Positions 1 to 17,610 of a DNA stretch of 64,000 bases are shown here, one piece after another. Made by a program: the position numbers and the translations under genes. The notes below the pieces were generated by a model. It worked only from the letters and a program-made list of their open reading frames with translations. It had not been told where the DNA came from and searched no databases. The stretch's first letter is position 1; each line of letters starts with the position of its first letter. The stretch is from the human T2T-CHM13v2.0 reference genome, Homo sapiens: the NCBI RefSeq assembly GCF_009914755.1, contig NC_060931.1. The stretch is one strand, 5' to 3'.

Positions 1-2
1 AC

Positions 3-115
3 CCTACATCCTTAACTTCCACTTTGCTGGGGTCCAGCTCCACGTACTTCTTCTCCTCAAACACCTTGTTGATGATGGGGCCCAGGACGCCGTGCAGGTA
101 CTGCATCCCGGCCAC
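3..115 (-). CDS. RASA4: RASA4/RASA4B coding exon 12 (RasGAP domain; VAGMQYLHGVLGPIINKVFEEKKYVELDPSKVEVKDVG)
   Basis: cccag|GTG acceptor at 116/115, GG|gt donor at 3/2; 113 nt, phase 0 in / 2 out; translation matches CAPRI as recalled. Confidence 0.93.
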   Translation of the reverse strand, partial: MAGMQYLHGVLGPIINKVFEEKKYVELDPSKVEVKDV

Positions 116-859
116 CTGGGGACCACCGCAGGTCACATTGATCCTGTCTCCCCCAGTCCCACTCCAGCTGCCCACCTTCTCCCGGCAGCCGCCCTTGCAC
201 CGTTTGCCTGCCGTATCCGCCCAGGAGGGGGCCAGGTACACATGCAGGGCAAACTGTTTATTCATGAATGAATGAATGAGTGAGTGAATGAATGACTAGA
301 ATTCTTAGCCCTTGTAATCCTAGCACTTTGGGAGGCCAAGGCAGGAGGATCACTTGAGGCCAGGAGTTTGAGACCAGCCTGGGCAACATAGTGAGACTGT
401 CTCTAACTTAAATTTTAATCACACACACATTCTCTTTGGGGGGGGGTGCGGGGCACGGAGTCTAGCACGGGGCCCAGGCTAGAGTGCAGTGGCGTGAGCT
501 CACTACAACCTCTGGCTCCTGGTTCAAGTGAGTCTCCTGCCTCAGCCTCCCCAGTAGCTGGGATTACAGGTGCCCACCACCATGCCAGGCTAATTTTTGT
601 ATTTTTAGTAGAGATGGGGTTTCGCCATGTTGGCCAGGCTGGTCTCGAACTCCTGACCTTAAGTGATCCGCCCGCCTCAGCCTCCCAAAGTGCTGCAATT
701 ACAGGCATGAGCCACTATGCCCAGCCACATTCTTAACCTTAAAGGGCTCTGAATATGGAGATAGAACACTGGAGTCGAAGTCCCAGCCCCCTCTGTCGCT
801 CTCTCTGAAGCTCAGTGTTGTCATTTGCAAGATGAGGACAATATAGCATGCAACCTCAC

Positions 860-924
860 CTTCAGAAAAGACTCCACGGACTTTGAGGCCAGAGAGTTGC
901 TCCGGAACAGGGTGTTGGTCTCAC
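860..924 (-). CDS. RASA4: RASA4 exon 11 (SETNTLFRSNSLASKSVESFLK; contains the TLFRxNS arginine-finger motif, R343)
   Basis: ttgtag|GT acceptor, AAG|gtgagg donor; 65 nt; absent from the ORF track; motif homologous to NF1 TLFRGNS. Confidence 0.95.
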
Positions 925-1188
925 CTACAAACAGAGGTCCCAGTGGGTAGGGGGCTGGCACAAAGCTTTTGGGGGAGGGGGAGGACAGAGGACCTTGGGG
1001 CTGGGGGATCTAAGCTGGCCCCTCAATAAAGGGCCTCCTCGCCACCTCCCAGCCCACTGTCCCACCTCTGCCCTTGGCTCTGTTCCTTGCCTCCCTCCTC
1101 TCTGACCCCATCTGCCTCCTACAGGAGGAGCCCACCCACCCCCAAACACCTCCCAGTGTTCTGGGCCCAGCTCCTTCCCAGGCCTCAC

Positions 1189-1339
1189 TGGTGCGACTCA
1201 GCTCCAGCTGGAAGAGCAGGTCCAGGAAGTCCTTGGCCAGCCCCTGCCCCAGGAAGAGCTTGAGCAGGTTCGTGGCCACGTCCTGGCGACACTCGGTGCT
1301 GGTTGTCTCCTCGATGAGTGGGATCAGCTGCCCTGGGCC
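1189..1339 (-). CDS. RASA4: RASA4 exon 10 (GPGQLIPLIEETTSTECRQDVATNLLKLFLGQGLAKDFLDLLFQLELSRT)
   Basis: ctgcag|GGC acceptor, A|gtgagg donor; 151 nt; lies inside ORF 1010..1594(-). Confidence 0.95.
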
Positions 1340-1566
1340 CTGCAGGGAGAGGCACGGGGGATCCCGAACCTTTCCCTCTGAGGACCTCAGAGCATCCCAG
1401 GGAAAGAGGACATTTTCCCAAGGGGTGGCTGGGGACGGGGCCCTGGACACTGGCCAGCTCCTCACATCCCCAGACCTCAGGTTTCTGCTCTGCAGAATGG
1501 GTTTAGAAGGACAGGCGCACAGGCCTACTGCCACTGGACCCTCCCACCCTGCCCAGGCCCCCTCAC

Positions 1567-1684
1567 CTGCATGCCCAGCTTGACCTCGTGGCACAGCAGG
1601 TGCACCAGTGGCTGGTAGTAGCTGGAGGGCAGCACCGTCTCGTCCCGCAGCCGCACCTCCAGCTGCAAGGAGCCCAGGTTGCCC
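1567..1684 (-). CDS. RASA4: RASA4 exon 9 (GNLGSLQLEVRLRDETVLPSSYYQPLVHLLCHEVKLGMQ)
   Basis: ttccag|G acceptor, CAG|gtgagg donor; 118 nt. Confidence 0.95.
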
Positions 1685-2236
1685 CTGGAATGGGCAGCCT
1701 GTGACCTCTCCACCAGGGACTCAGGCCACCCTGGACCACACCACTCCCATGGCCTCCAGTTTTTTCCCTTGGGGCCAGCTTCCCATCTCTCTGCTCATGC
1801 CCTCCATCCGGGTGCCCTGCATAGCTCTGCCTCCCAGGCTCTGCCCGGGCTATTTATTTTCTGTTTTTGGAAAGCCCTTCCTGTCTCTGCACTCAAGGCA
1901 CCTCTATCTGTCTTCGAGGTCTGGCTCCCTGCCACCTCCAAGCTTGGGTATGTGGAGCTGCCAGCCTTGAATCGATCAACTCCCAGATAATGGCACCATC
2001 ATGGGTACACTTTACAGCAGAAGCAAATCCCCAACCCTCATAACAACCTAATAGGGAAACTGAGACCCGAGCCAGTTCAGCAACTTGCCACATTAGATTG
2101 AGCTTCCCAGCTTCCCTGTTCTGATAGGGAAGTTCAGAACAGAGGAGGGTGTGGACCAAGTGGGAACCTCTAAGGCTCCCACTGCCCCTGCTCAGCACAA
2201 GCCTCATGCACAGAGCAGTGTTAAGATGGGCCCCTG

Positions 2237-2530
2237 GGCCTGGCGCAGTGGCTCATGCCTGTAATCTCAGCACTTTGGGAGGCCAAGGCAGGCAGATCAC
2301 TTGAGGTCATGAGTTCAAGACCAGCCTGGCTGACACGGCAAAACCCCATCTCTATTAAAATATATATATAAAAATTAGCCAGGCATTGTGGCAGGTGCCT
2401 GTAATCGCAGCTACTCGGGAGACTGAGGCAGGAGAAGCGCTTCAACCCAGGAAGCAGAGGTTGCAGTGAGCCAGGATTGCACCACTGCACTCCAGCCTGA
2501 CTCTGTCTCAAAAAAAATAAATAAATAAAA
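2237..2530 (+). mobile_element. Full-length AluS with TSD aagatgggcc
   Basis: Both arms, A-tail, flanking duplication at ~2223 and ~2542. Confidence 0.9.
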
Positions 2531-2721
2531 AATAAGATGGCAAGATGGGCCTTGGCTGGTTCTATGGAAACACCTTGTGCTGGACACACAGCCGTCCACC
2601 TGCTCCTACCCTGTTAAGGATGGGAACTGGGGGAATGGGGGTCTGGGGCCTTCCACAGAGACACAAAGCTGAACCACTGAGGGCTGTGGGCCACAGCAAG
2701 CAAGCCAGAGGGCTTCCTAGA

Positions 2722-4542
<1,821 letters not shown>

Positions 4543-4562
4543 TGAGCTAAGAAGACAGACCT

Positions 4563-5506
<944 letters not shown>

Positions 5507-5808
5507 CTGGGGACATAGTGGCAGTTTTCCTGGAGCTGGGAGACTTACGTCTCCTCCTTGCCAACTACTGTTCTTAGTGGGGAGGGGCCCCTTCCAAGGG
5601 TCCCTGAGTGCCAGTGGTGGTGGGGGGAAGTTGCTGGTTCTGGCAGACGGTGGAGGTGGGGGGGTAGTCCCAGGCTTCCTGAGTGTCCCTCTTTGGGGAA
5701 GCCGGAGGGAGGTCCCTGAGGATGGGATGGCTGCAATGGAACCAGGTGCTGGGGGACAGCAGGTGCAGCCTGCCGGGGGAGGAGGGGGGGCGGGGCGGTG
5801 GTGCTCAC

Positions 5809-5940
5809 TTTGCCCAGGAAGTCGTTTCGGCTGACAAGGTCCCAGTCCCAGGCCTCCACGCACAGCGCCTCCATGGCCCCCTCCTGCAGCTCAAATTCAA
5901 ACGTCTCATTCCAGCGTGGGTAGCATGACTTCTTCACGAT
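5809..5940 (-). CDS. RASA4: RASA4 exon 7 (IVKKSCYPRWNETFEFELQEGAMEALCVEAWDWDLVSRNDFLGK; C2B)
   Basis: ggcag|ATC acceptor, AAA|gtgagc donor; 132 nt; C2 motifs PxWNETF and WDWD..NDFLG. Confidence 0.96.
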
Positions 5941-6184
5941 CTGCCCAGAGGAGGGTGGGAGGGGGTTAGGCTGATGCCACTGGACTCCCCAGGCTGGGCA
6001 AAAGGCAGAGCTGCCCTAGACACCTCCCCTGGGTTCCCCACAGCCTCCTCGCCTTGGAGGTTCTGCCACAGCAGAGGTTAAAATGTCCTGTCCAAGCTCC
6101 CACCCATTTCTGAGATAGGGAGAACTGAGGCCCAGGGTGGGGAAAAGATGTATCCAAGGCCACACAGCAAAACAGTACTGACTA

Positions 6185-7516
<1,332 letters not shown>

Positions 7517-7875
7517 CTATACTGAGAAAGCAGACCTTGGTGTCTTCGTGCCCAGGACTGGGCCCTCGACTCTGGACATTTCCTGGGGGTGGGGAAGGCA
7601 GCATGGGTGTTCCCAAATAAACCCCACTCCGGTTGTCTCAATCCCCTCCTTACCCCCAAGCATGGCCGGGAGTGAGCGAAGTTGGCCCCAGAGGTCCTGG
7701 GACCTATTATGTCCCCTCAGAGAGGTCGCCCCTTTCCCTGGGCCTCCTCTGTAAGACTGTGGCCCCCAATCTGTCCCACCAGCGGATGGTGAGCAGGTGG
7801 TGAGGTGAGCAATGGGGGCGTGGCTGGCACGTCCCCCGAGCCCCCTGCCCCTTCCCTGCCCTCTGGCCTCCTCAC

Positions 7876-7957
7876 CGAGGTCTCCCGTGTCCGGCCCTTG
7901 TAGCGCACTCGGACGAAGGGGTCAGATGTGCCATTGCGGTCCTTTGGGGCCAGATCC
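7876..7957 (-). CDS. RASA4: RASA4 exon 6 (DLAPKDRNGTSDPFVRVRYKGRTRETS; C2B)
   Basis: caccag|G acceptor, TCG|gtgagg donor; 82 nt. Confidence 0.96.
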
Positions 7958-8516
7958 CTGGTGGGGGTGGAGGAAGATTGGATCATCGACTTGTCCCTGA
8001 GCCCCCCCTCCCCCACTTGTCACCACCATTATGTAACCACAGCGGGCCAAAAGGCCTGGGCACATTCCGTCCCTGGCAAGCTGACTGTGGACAGTGCGCC
8101 TCTGCCCTTTCTGGGCCCTGCTCCCATAGCCATCTCCCCAGGATCGCCCATGTGGCCAAGAACCCCCCAAGGTAGAGGCCATGGGTCCTTCCCACCAGGC
8201 AGCTGCAGGCCAGTGGCTGCACCTTGCTCTGGGGGTGGCAGGGGGGTGGTGTGAGTGCTGCCAGGGAACCGCCGGGGCAATGTTCCTGGCCCTCCATTCC
8301 CAGGGCTGCCCTAAGCCTCGGTTTCCTCATCAGGAAAATGGAAAAGTGAATCGCTACTGGGCTCAGGTTTAGGGAGAGAGTGTGCTTCTGGAAGGTCTGC
8401 CCCAGTAATGTCGCTCTACTTGGTGGAGGAGTGAGGTGCAGCCCTGATGGGCGGCCCTGCCCTTTCTCCATAGATGGGTCTTTACACAGCCCTAGTCTAG
8501 TCACGGTACCTCCAGC

Positions 8517-9812
<1,296 letters not shown>

Positions 9813-11404
9813 TTAGGCTGACTTGGAATTGCAGCAGGAGTCTCATTGCCGAGGACAACGGGGGACAAGTCCCCTCACTCTGAGAGAGGCCTGGACATTC
9901 CTCTCCCCTGCTAGGACTCACTAGAAGGCCAACCACTGTGGCCCCAGAGGATGGGACAGGGGAGATTCCTGGAGAGAGGGGAGGGCCAGGGAGACATGCT
10001 TCCATGCCTCCCATCTCCGTGGGTGACGATGGGTGCCTGGGAGAAGTGGCCCCGAGGTCCCAGAGCCCGGCCACGTGTGTGAGCGGGTGCACACGTGTGC
10101 ATGCCTGTCCCCCAGACAGCCTGGTGCCTGGAAAGGATAAGGATGGAGGAAGCGGGTGAGTTGGGGTGGGGCGGGGGGGAATGAATGGCAGAGGCCAGAG
10201 AGTGAGCGAGTGTGGGGGTGTGGCTGAGGCTCGGCCCAAGCCCAGACATTTTCCATCCATTTCTATTTTCCCAGGACAGAAAATAACTCCCGGGAAGCCA
10301 GAGTGAGCAACATGGGCATCATCCGACCCACACCCCTCTGCCCAAGGGAAGTCTTCCTCTTAGACAGGCTGACCCCTCAAGGGTGGGGGGAACACTGGCT
10401 CCATAGGGCTGCCTGGCTGGGGGCCACCCTCCTGCCTCACAGGCAGGGAGCGACTTGGGGAGGTGGCTTTGGAGCCGGAAGGGAAGACGCTTCTCACGGA
10501 CAGAGTGTGACTCAGACCCAGGCCCAGACGGGAGTGCAGCCTGCAGCTAAAAATACCCTGGGGGTTGGGGGGTGGCCCTGTCACAGGTGACTCAGGCCCA
10601 TGGAACCATCCAAACCACTGTCCCTCCTTGGGGGAACCCTCAATTTGCCCATCGGGAGATTTTCAGCAACTCTTTTCACCCCCCCAGCCCCACGAGGGAC
10701 CCACTTACACACACTCCCACCAGGCCAAGTTCACACTGGCGTTAAACATTGGGAAGCCGGCCTTAGCACTGGGGGACTGAGGCTGTGTGATCAGAGTTCG
10801 GGGTCTCCTCACCCGTACCCCCTACTCCACTCCTCTGTGATGGCTCCAGTTCCTCCATGAGAACATTAGACTGTCCCTTAAGGGACATATCCCCTTGAGT
10901 GGAAATCACCCAAGAAGCATCTTCAAGTCCAGAAAACCTCCCCAGACCCTCTCTTTTTTCTTTCTTTTTTATTTTTTTTGAGATACAGTCTCGCTTGTCA
11001 CCCAGGCTGGAGTGCAGTGGCGCCATCTCGGCTCACTGCAACCTCTGCCTCCTGGGTTCAAGACTCCTGCCTCAGCCTCCTGAGTAGCTGAGATTACAGG
11101 CGCCTGCCACCATGCCCGGCTAATTGTTGTATTTTTAGTAGAGACAGGGTCTCACCATGGTGGTCAGGCTGGTCTTGAACTCCTGGCCTCAGGTGAACCA
11201 CCTGCCTCGGCCTCCCAAAGTGCTGGGATTACAGGTGTGAGACGCCGTGCCTGGCGAGACCCTCTCTTGAGAGCAGGCTTTGATGGGAGGTGGCCAGCTC
11301 TGGGACCAGGAGGTAGAGGTGGGGCGAGGGGGGGCTCAGCTTCCTCATTGGGTTTCTCTAGTTGCAGGGGACCCACTGCCCGCCCCCAGGCCCCTGAGTC
11401 TCAC

Positions 11405-11534
11405 CTGGCCTCCAGCACAGAGCAGCGTAGCCGGCAGGCCCGGGCCCCTGGCCACACTTCCAGCCGCAGGTGGATCTCGCCCTGCACCTCCTCGTCGGGG
11501 TCGACCTCCGTCAGGTGGGCCCACCCGCTGAAAC
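11405..11534 (-). CDS. RASA4: RASA4 exon 5 (FSGWAHLTEVDPDEEVQGEIHLRLEVWPGARACRLRCSVLEAR)
   Basis: cacag|GT acceptor, AG|gtgaga donor; 130 nt, phase 1 in / 2 out. Confidence 0.95.
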
Positions 11535-11892
11535 CTGTGGGGTCAGTTCAGCCAGGGACCCGGCCCTGAACCCCCATACCCTCCACCCTCAGCCCCACCA
11601 GGCACCTTGAGGCACCTCCATAATCTGGGAATCCCCTAGGCACCCGTGAAGCAGGGGCTGGTATCCCCAATGACAGATGGGGAAACTGAGGCTCCGCAGG
11701 TGAAGAAACAGCAGTTGGAAGAGCTGGGATTAGAATCTAAGTCAGTGACCTGGGGCCTGTGCCCTCACTATTGTGTCATTTTTGTCGTTGTTGTTTTTAG
11801 AGACAGGGTCTCACCCTGTGAGCCAGGTGTGGTGGCGCATGCCTGTAATCCCAGCTCCTCAGGAGGCTGAGGCAGGAGAATTGCTTGAACTC

Positions 11893-12426
11893 AGATCGCG
11901 CCATTGCACTCCAGACTGGGTGACAGAGCAAGACCCCATCTCAAAAAAAAAAAAAAAAGATGGAGTCTTGCTATGTTGCTCAGGCTGGTCTCAAACTCCT
12001 GACCTCAAGCAATCCTCCCACCTCAGCCTCCCAAGGTGCTGGGATTATAAGCGTGGGCCGCTGTACCCAGCCAGATTCCCCATCTTAAAACGGGAAGAGA
12101 GTGGCCCTCCCCTAGGGCTGCTGGGAGGAGGGTCTGAGGCCCAGATGGAGAAGCTACAAGATTGCGCCATTGCACTCCAGACTGGGTGATAGAGCAAGAC
12201 CCCATCTCAAAAAAAAAAAAAAAAGATGGAGTCTTGCTATGTTGCTCAGGCTGGTCTCAAACTCCTGACCTCAAGCCATCCTCCCACCTCAGCCTCCTAA
12301 GGTGCTGCGATTATGAGTGTGGGCCGCTGTACCCAGCCAGATTCCCCATCTTAAAACAGGAAGAGAGTGGCCCTCCCCTAGGGCTGCTGGGAGGAGGGTC
12401 TGAGGCCTGGATGGGGAAGCTACAAG
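11893..12426 (+). repeat. ~267-bp tandem duplication (2 copies) in RASA4 intron 4
   Basis: gcgccattgcactccagactggg...gaagctacaag occurs twice back to back with few mismatches. Confidence 0.92.
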
Positions 12427-12724
12427 GCACCCGGAGGAATAGCCTCACTGGGGCCACTAGACCCCAGAGACGCTGGCTAAGGCTGCAGGTGGGAAAGGCC
12501 TTTGGCCTGGCAGGGGCCAAGAAGCCCCATGAGTCAGCAGAACCTGCCTTCGCCCTGCCCCCATCCCTGGCCCAGCGTCACAGACAGGAGCAGGTGTGTG
12601 TGGGGGGAAGCCAGTAAGCGGGACACAAAGGCTCTGATGGCAGAGCCCATAGCATCCAAGAACTGGTTTGAACCCTCAGAGAAGCCCAGAGAAGGCAGGA
12701 GCTGCCCAAGGTCACACACAGTGA

Positions 12725-13800
<1,076 letters not shown>

Positions 13801-14295
13801 TTTTTTTTTAAAAAAAAAAACTATATAAAAATTGTAAAAACAATAACACAAAAGAATGTCTGCATCCCAGAAATAATTGAAAGGGATCTCCAGCCTGGAC
13901 TGGCTCTAGGCCAACCCTTCAGACTTAGGACACAGTAGTACTAGGGCCCAGATGGAGGCGACCCCATGGGTTACAGAAGGAGCTGGCCTGATTTGGAGAA
14001 GGGGTCCCTATGCTTCAGCAATAGAGTGTAAGGAGGCCCCTTCTTCTGCCAGCAGAGGCCTCAGATTCCACCCATAGCAGCCCCTCTTCACCCTAGGGAA
14101 GAGGCAGTAACAACCAGGCTTGGGAACATGCTGCAGAACAGAGGCCAGGAGTACAGAACGTGGCCCCGGCTTCTGGGGAGAGTAGAAATGGCTTTCCCTG
14201 AGCAGGAGACCAGACGGAGCCTAGAGGGGAGGTCTCCGAGTGGGAGGGAGGCCAGGGACTGGGCAGACCAGTGTGGGAGGGAAGGGAGAACTTAC

Positions 14296-14357
14296 CCTTA
14301 GGGTGAGAGGCTATGGTGTCCCTTGTAAGGCAGACCTTTCCGATAACGTCGTCCCGG
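14296..14357 (-). CDS. RASA4: RASA4 exon 4 (RDDVIGKVCLTRDTIASHPKG; C2A)
   Basis: ctctag|C acceptor, G|gtaagt donor; 62 nt. Confidence 0.95.
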
Positions 14358-14875
14358 CTAGAGGAGGGAGACGGAGGCAGAGCTGGGCAGGGCTTCAGTA
14401 TCTGCCCTCTGGGACCTCCCACCAAGTTCAGGGCCCCCCCGGGGGGAGCAGGGTGGTGGACACCGCTGTCATTTCCAGAGTAACCCAACAGAGCTGGACC
14501 TGTGGCCCTTCTGTAGGCTGTGGGTTCTGGACCCTCTAGGGGGATGTGATAGGTTTCTCACATGCCCACACATGCCAAGCTCACACTCTCTGGGTGCCCA
14601 TCTCACAGCTCACACCTGCACGCACACGTGTAGTCCATGCACACTTGTGCCTGCATGCCTGCACACACACGTGTGTATGTGGCGCATGCACCATGGAGCC
14701 ACGCATGTGCACACCCACACGCTCAAGCTTTTCGCCCTCCCAGGCCCCCAGGCTCTGCCTCCCTCCAGGCTGCAAAGAGGATGCCAAAAAGGACCCAGGA
14801 GTCCTGGTGGTGAAATGGGCCAGGGAGCAATCAGATGGCCAGGTCTGGGTCCCAGCTGGAGAGGGGGGCACTCAC

Positions 14876-14989
14876 CTGAGGGCATCCTCATCCATGACAT
14901 AGAAAGCCACAGCGTGGAAGGTGGGCGGCAGGTGCACTTGGTACTCCTCACCCCAGAAGGGGCACAGGGTCTTCCACACTGTGGCTGTC
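14876..14989 (-). CDS. RASA4: RASA4 exon 3 (TATVWKTLCPFWGEEYQVHLPPTFHAVAFYVMDEDALS; C2A)
   Basis: ctgcag|G acceptor, AG|gtgagt donor; 114 nt. Confidence 0.96.
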
Positions 14990-16169
14990 CTGCAGGAGAG
15001 AACCCTCAGCATGTGCCCAGGCCACTCCCAGGCCCTGGGCTGGGACCTTCCTTGTATCTTCCCCTACCCCTATAACAACTGGCTCTGCCACTGATGTGTT
15101 TTCCCTGTGCCAGACCCTACTGTTCACCACCAATCACTACCCCCTGACATTCCTCTCTGCTCTGGATGGGGCACAGGGCTGCCTCTCTCTGGCTGTTATT
15201 TATTTTATTTTATTTTTTTGAGACGGAGTCTCGCTCTGTCGCCCAGGCTAGAGTGCAGTGGCGTCATCTCGGCTCACTGCAACCTCTGCCTCCCAGGTTC
15301 AAGCAATTCTCCCTGCCTCAGCTTCCTGAGTAGCTGGGATTACAGACGCCTGCCACCACGCCCAGCTAATTTTGTCATTTTCGTAGAGACAGGGTTTCAC
15401 CCTGTTGGCCAGGCTGCTCTCGAACTCCTGACCTCAGGTGATCTGCCCACCTCGGACTTCCAAAGTGCTGGGATGACAGGCGTGAGCCACCGTGCCCAGC
15501 CTCTCCAGCTGTTTTACATTTGGGGAAACTGAGATCACAGTTGGCAGGCATTGGCCTCAGGTCACAGGGTAGCTGCCTCAGGGCGACTGGTGAGCCTGGC
15601 CTCACATCCTCACCCAGCTCTGGTCAACCCCCTTTGGATCAGAGCCTTCAACTCATGGGACTCAGTGGGCTAGCGGGTGGGGAGACGCTGAAGCCCCCAA
15701 GGACCCGGATGAAAGTTCAGGGGACCACCTCATGCCAACCACTTCTCAGACAGGTCATCTGTTTCCCTTCTGTATCAAGAGCATCAGAGCCATCACACCC
15801 CTCTCCCTCTTGCTGTCTGTGGTTTGCAGACCCTCGAGAAAGGCTGGGAGCCTGCTTGCAGGTAGGGAAGGACTGGGCTCCGAGTAGGCCACGGGCACTC
15901 AGGTGGGCAGAACAGTAGGGCAGCTCTGGCCATGAACTTGGAAGCAGGAGTCTGGGTGAAGGAAGGGAGAGGACAGCAAAGACCCTGCCCAGAGATCATG
16001 GGGACCATGGAGGAAGGGACATCCGGAGGAAGTGACTCTTCAGGGTGCAGGCTGGGGTTGCCCAGCCTCGAGGGATATTACTATGGGACTCTCAGGGGAC
16101 AGGACCCAAGTTAGAGCCAGGACCAGGGAGGGGAAGGGAGCTCAGGCTCTGGGGTGGCCAGACTTGGGC

Positions 16170-16290
16170 TCCAGTGTGGCTCTGCCACTTTTACTAGGCA
16201 TGTGACCTTGGCCAGGGTAGTTAGTCTCCCTGAGCCTCAGTTTCCTTGTCTGTAAATGGGGTCTAATGATATCGTATCTCGTTAATTGCA
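16170..16290 (+). mobile_element. MIR element (similar cores at ~11670, 15520, 18415, 20060, 21640, 40840)
   Basis: tgtgaccttgg...ctgagcctcagtttcct..tctgtaaatgggg MIR core. Confidence 0.75.
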
Positions 16291-16559
16291 AGAACTAAAC
16301 GGGCTGGAAAAGGGCTGGCTCCACAAATGAGAGTTGTTGTTACAAATCGTCAGCATCTGTCTCTCCCGGAGGTTGTGATGATTGCAAAGATGAACAGAGT
16401 CCGGTGAGAGGCCCTTGGCCAGGCCAGTTCCCTGAAGGTCTTTCTCGTCTCCTAGCTGGGGTGTCAGGGCGAGGTGGGGAATCCCAGGCAGGGGACCAGG
16501 TGCTCCAAGCCCCCTCCCATCTCCGTACAAAATTCACAACAAAATTCACACCCCTTTGC

Positions 16560-16925
16560 GGGGAGAGCGCGGGCCGATGAGAGGCTGAGCGCCCCTCGGT
16601 CCTGGGGGTGGGGGCGGTACCTGATGATGGGCTCATTGTCCACCTTCACGATGCAGTAGGGGTCGCTGCTGCCAGTGCTGCAAGACAAATAGGCAGGGGC
16701 GGGGCTGGAGGGCGGGATCGGGGCGGGGACTCGCGGCAGGCTCCTCTCTCTTTTGGCCCCTCGGGAGGAGTGCGGGGGAAGAGAGCGGAGGCTGAGTCTC
16801 CGCGTCCTGGTTTGGAGACCGCAGGCTCCTCCGGCCAAACACGGGTCCCCGCCCTCAGCCCGGGAGCGGATGGTGAGGGAAGGGCAGGAACCCGCACCAG
16901 GGCTCCCCTTTCGCGGGCAGGGGTG
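16560..16925. promoter_or_regulatory. Small CpG-rich patch with GC boxes around RASA4 exon 2 (possible internal promoter or enhancer)
   Basis: Local CpG enrichment; GGGGCGGGG at ~16696 and ~16720. Confidence 0.4.
16621..16677 (-). CDS. RASA4: RASA4 exon 2 (TGSSDPYCIVKVDNEPIIR; C2A)
   Basis: ttgcag|C acceptor, AG|gtaccg donor (weak); 57 nt, phase 2/2. Confidence 0.95.
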
Positions 16926-17610
16926 GGAGTAGATGGAGGGAGAGTTGTGGGGGAGGGAGAAGGAGGGGGAGGAGACAGGGATGGGTAGAGAGAGAAAGGA
17001 GAAGAAAGGAGGGGGAAGGAGGAAGGGGAGAGACTGGGAGAGGGACAGAGGGAGGGGCAGAAAGGGAAGGGGACGGACAGGGAGGGGAGAGAGAGGGAAG
17101 AGGAGACAGAGGGAGGGGGCTGAGAGGGAGGAGGAGAGAGGTGGGGGTTAAGAGGGAAGGGGGATGATAGGGAGGGGGAGAGAGAGGGAGGCGAGTAAGA
17201 GGGAGGGAGTTAAGAGGGAGGGGGAGACTGAGTGAGGGGGTGAGAGGGAAGGGGTGAGAGGGAGGGGGAGAGAGGGAGAAGAGTAAGAGGGAGGGGGAGA
17301 GAGGGAGGAGAGTAGGAGGGGGAGAGAGGGAGGAGAGTAAGAGGAAGGAGAGTAAGACAGAGGGGGAGACTGAGGGGGTGAGAGAGGGGGGAGAGAGAGA
17401 AGGGGAGAGAGGGAGGAGAGTAAGAGGGAGGAGAGTAAGAGGGAGGGGGAGACTGAGTGAGGGGGTGAGAGGGAGGGGGAGAGAGGGAGGAGAGTAAGAG
17501 GGAGGGAGTAAAGAGGGAGGGGGAGACTGAGGGAGGGGGTGAGAGGGAGGGGTGGAGAGGGAGAGGGGAAAGACAGGGAGGGGAGGGAGAGGGACAGAGG
17601 GAGGGGGTAC
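16925..17610 (+). repeat. ~0.7-kb GA-rich polypurine low-complexity/minisatellite tract in RASA4 intron 1
   Basis: Almost only G/A; recurring units such as gagagggaggagagtaa and gggggagactgagtgagggggtgaga. Confidence 0.92.
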
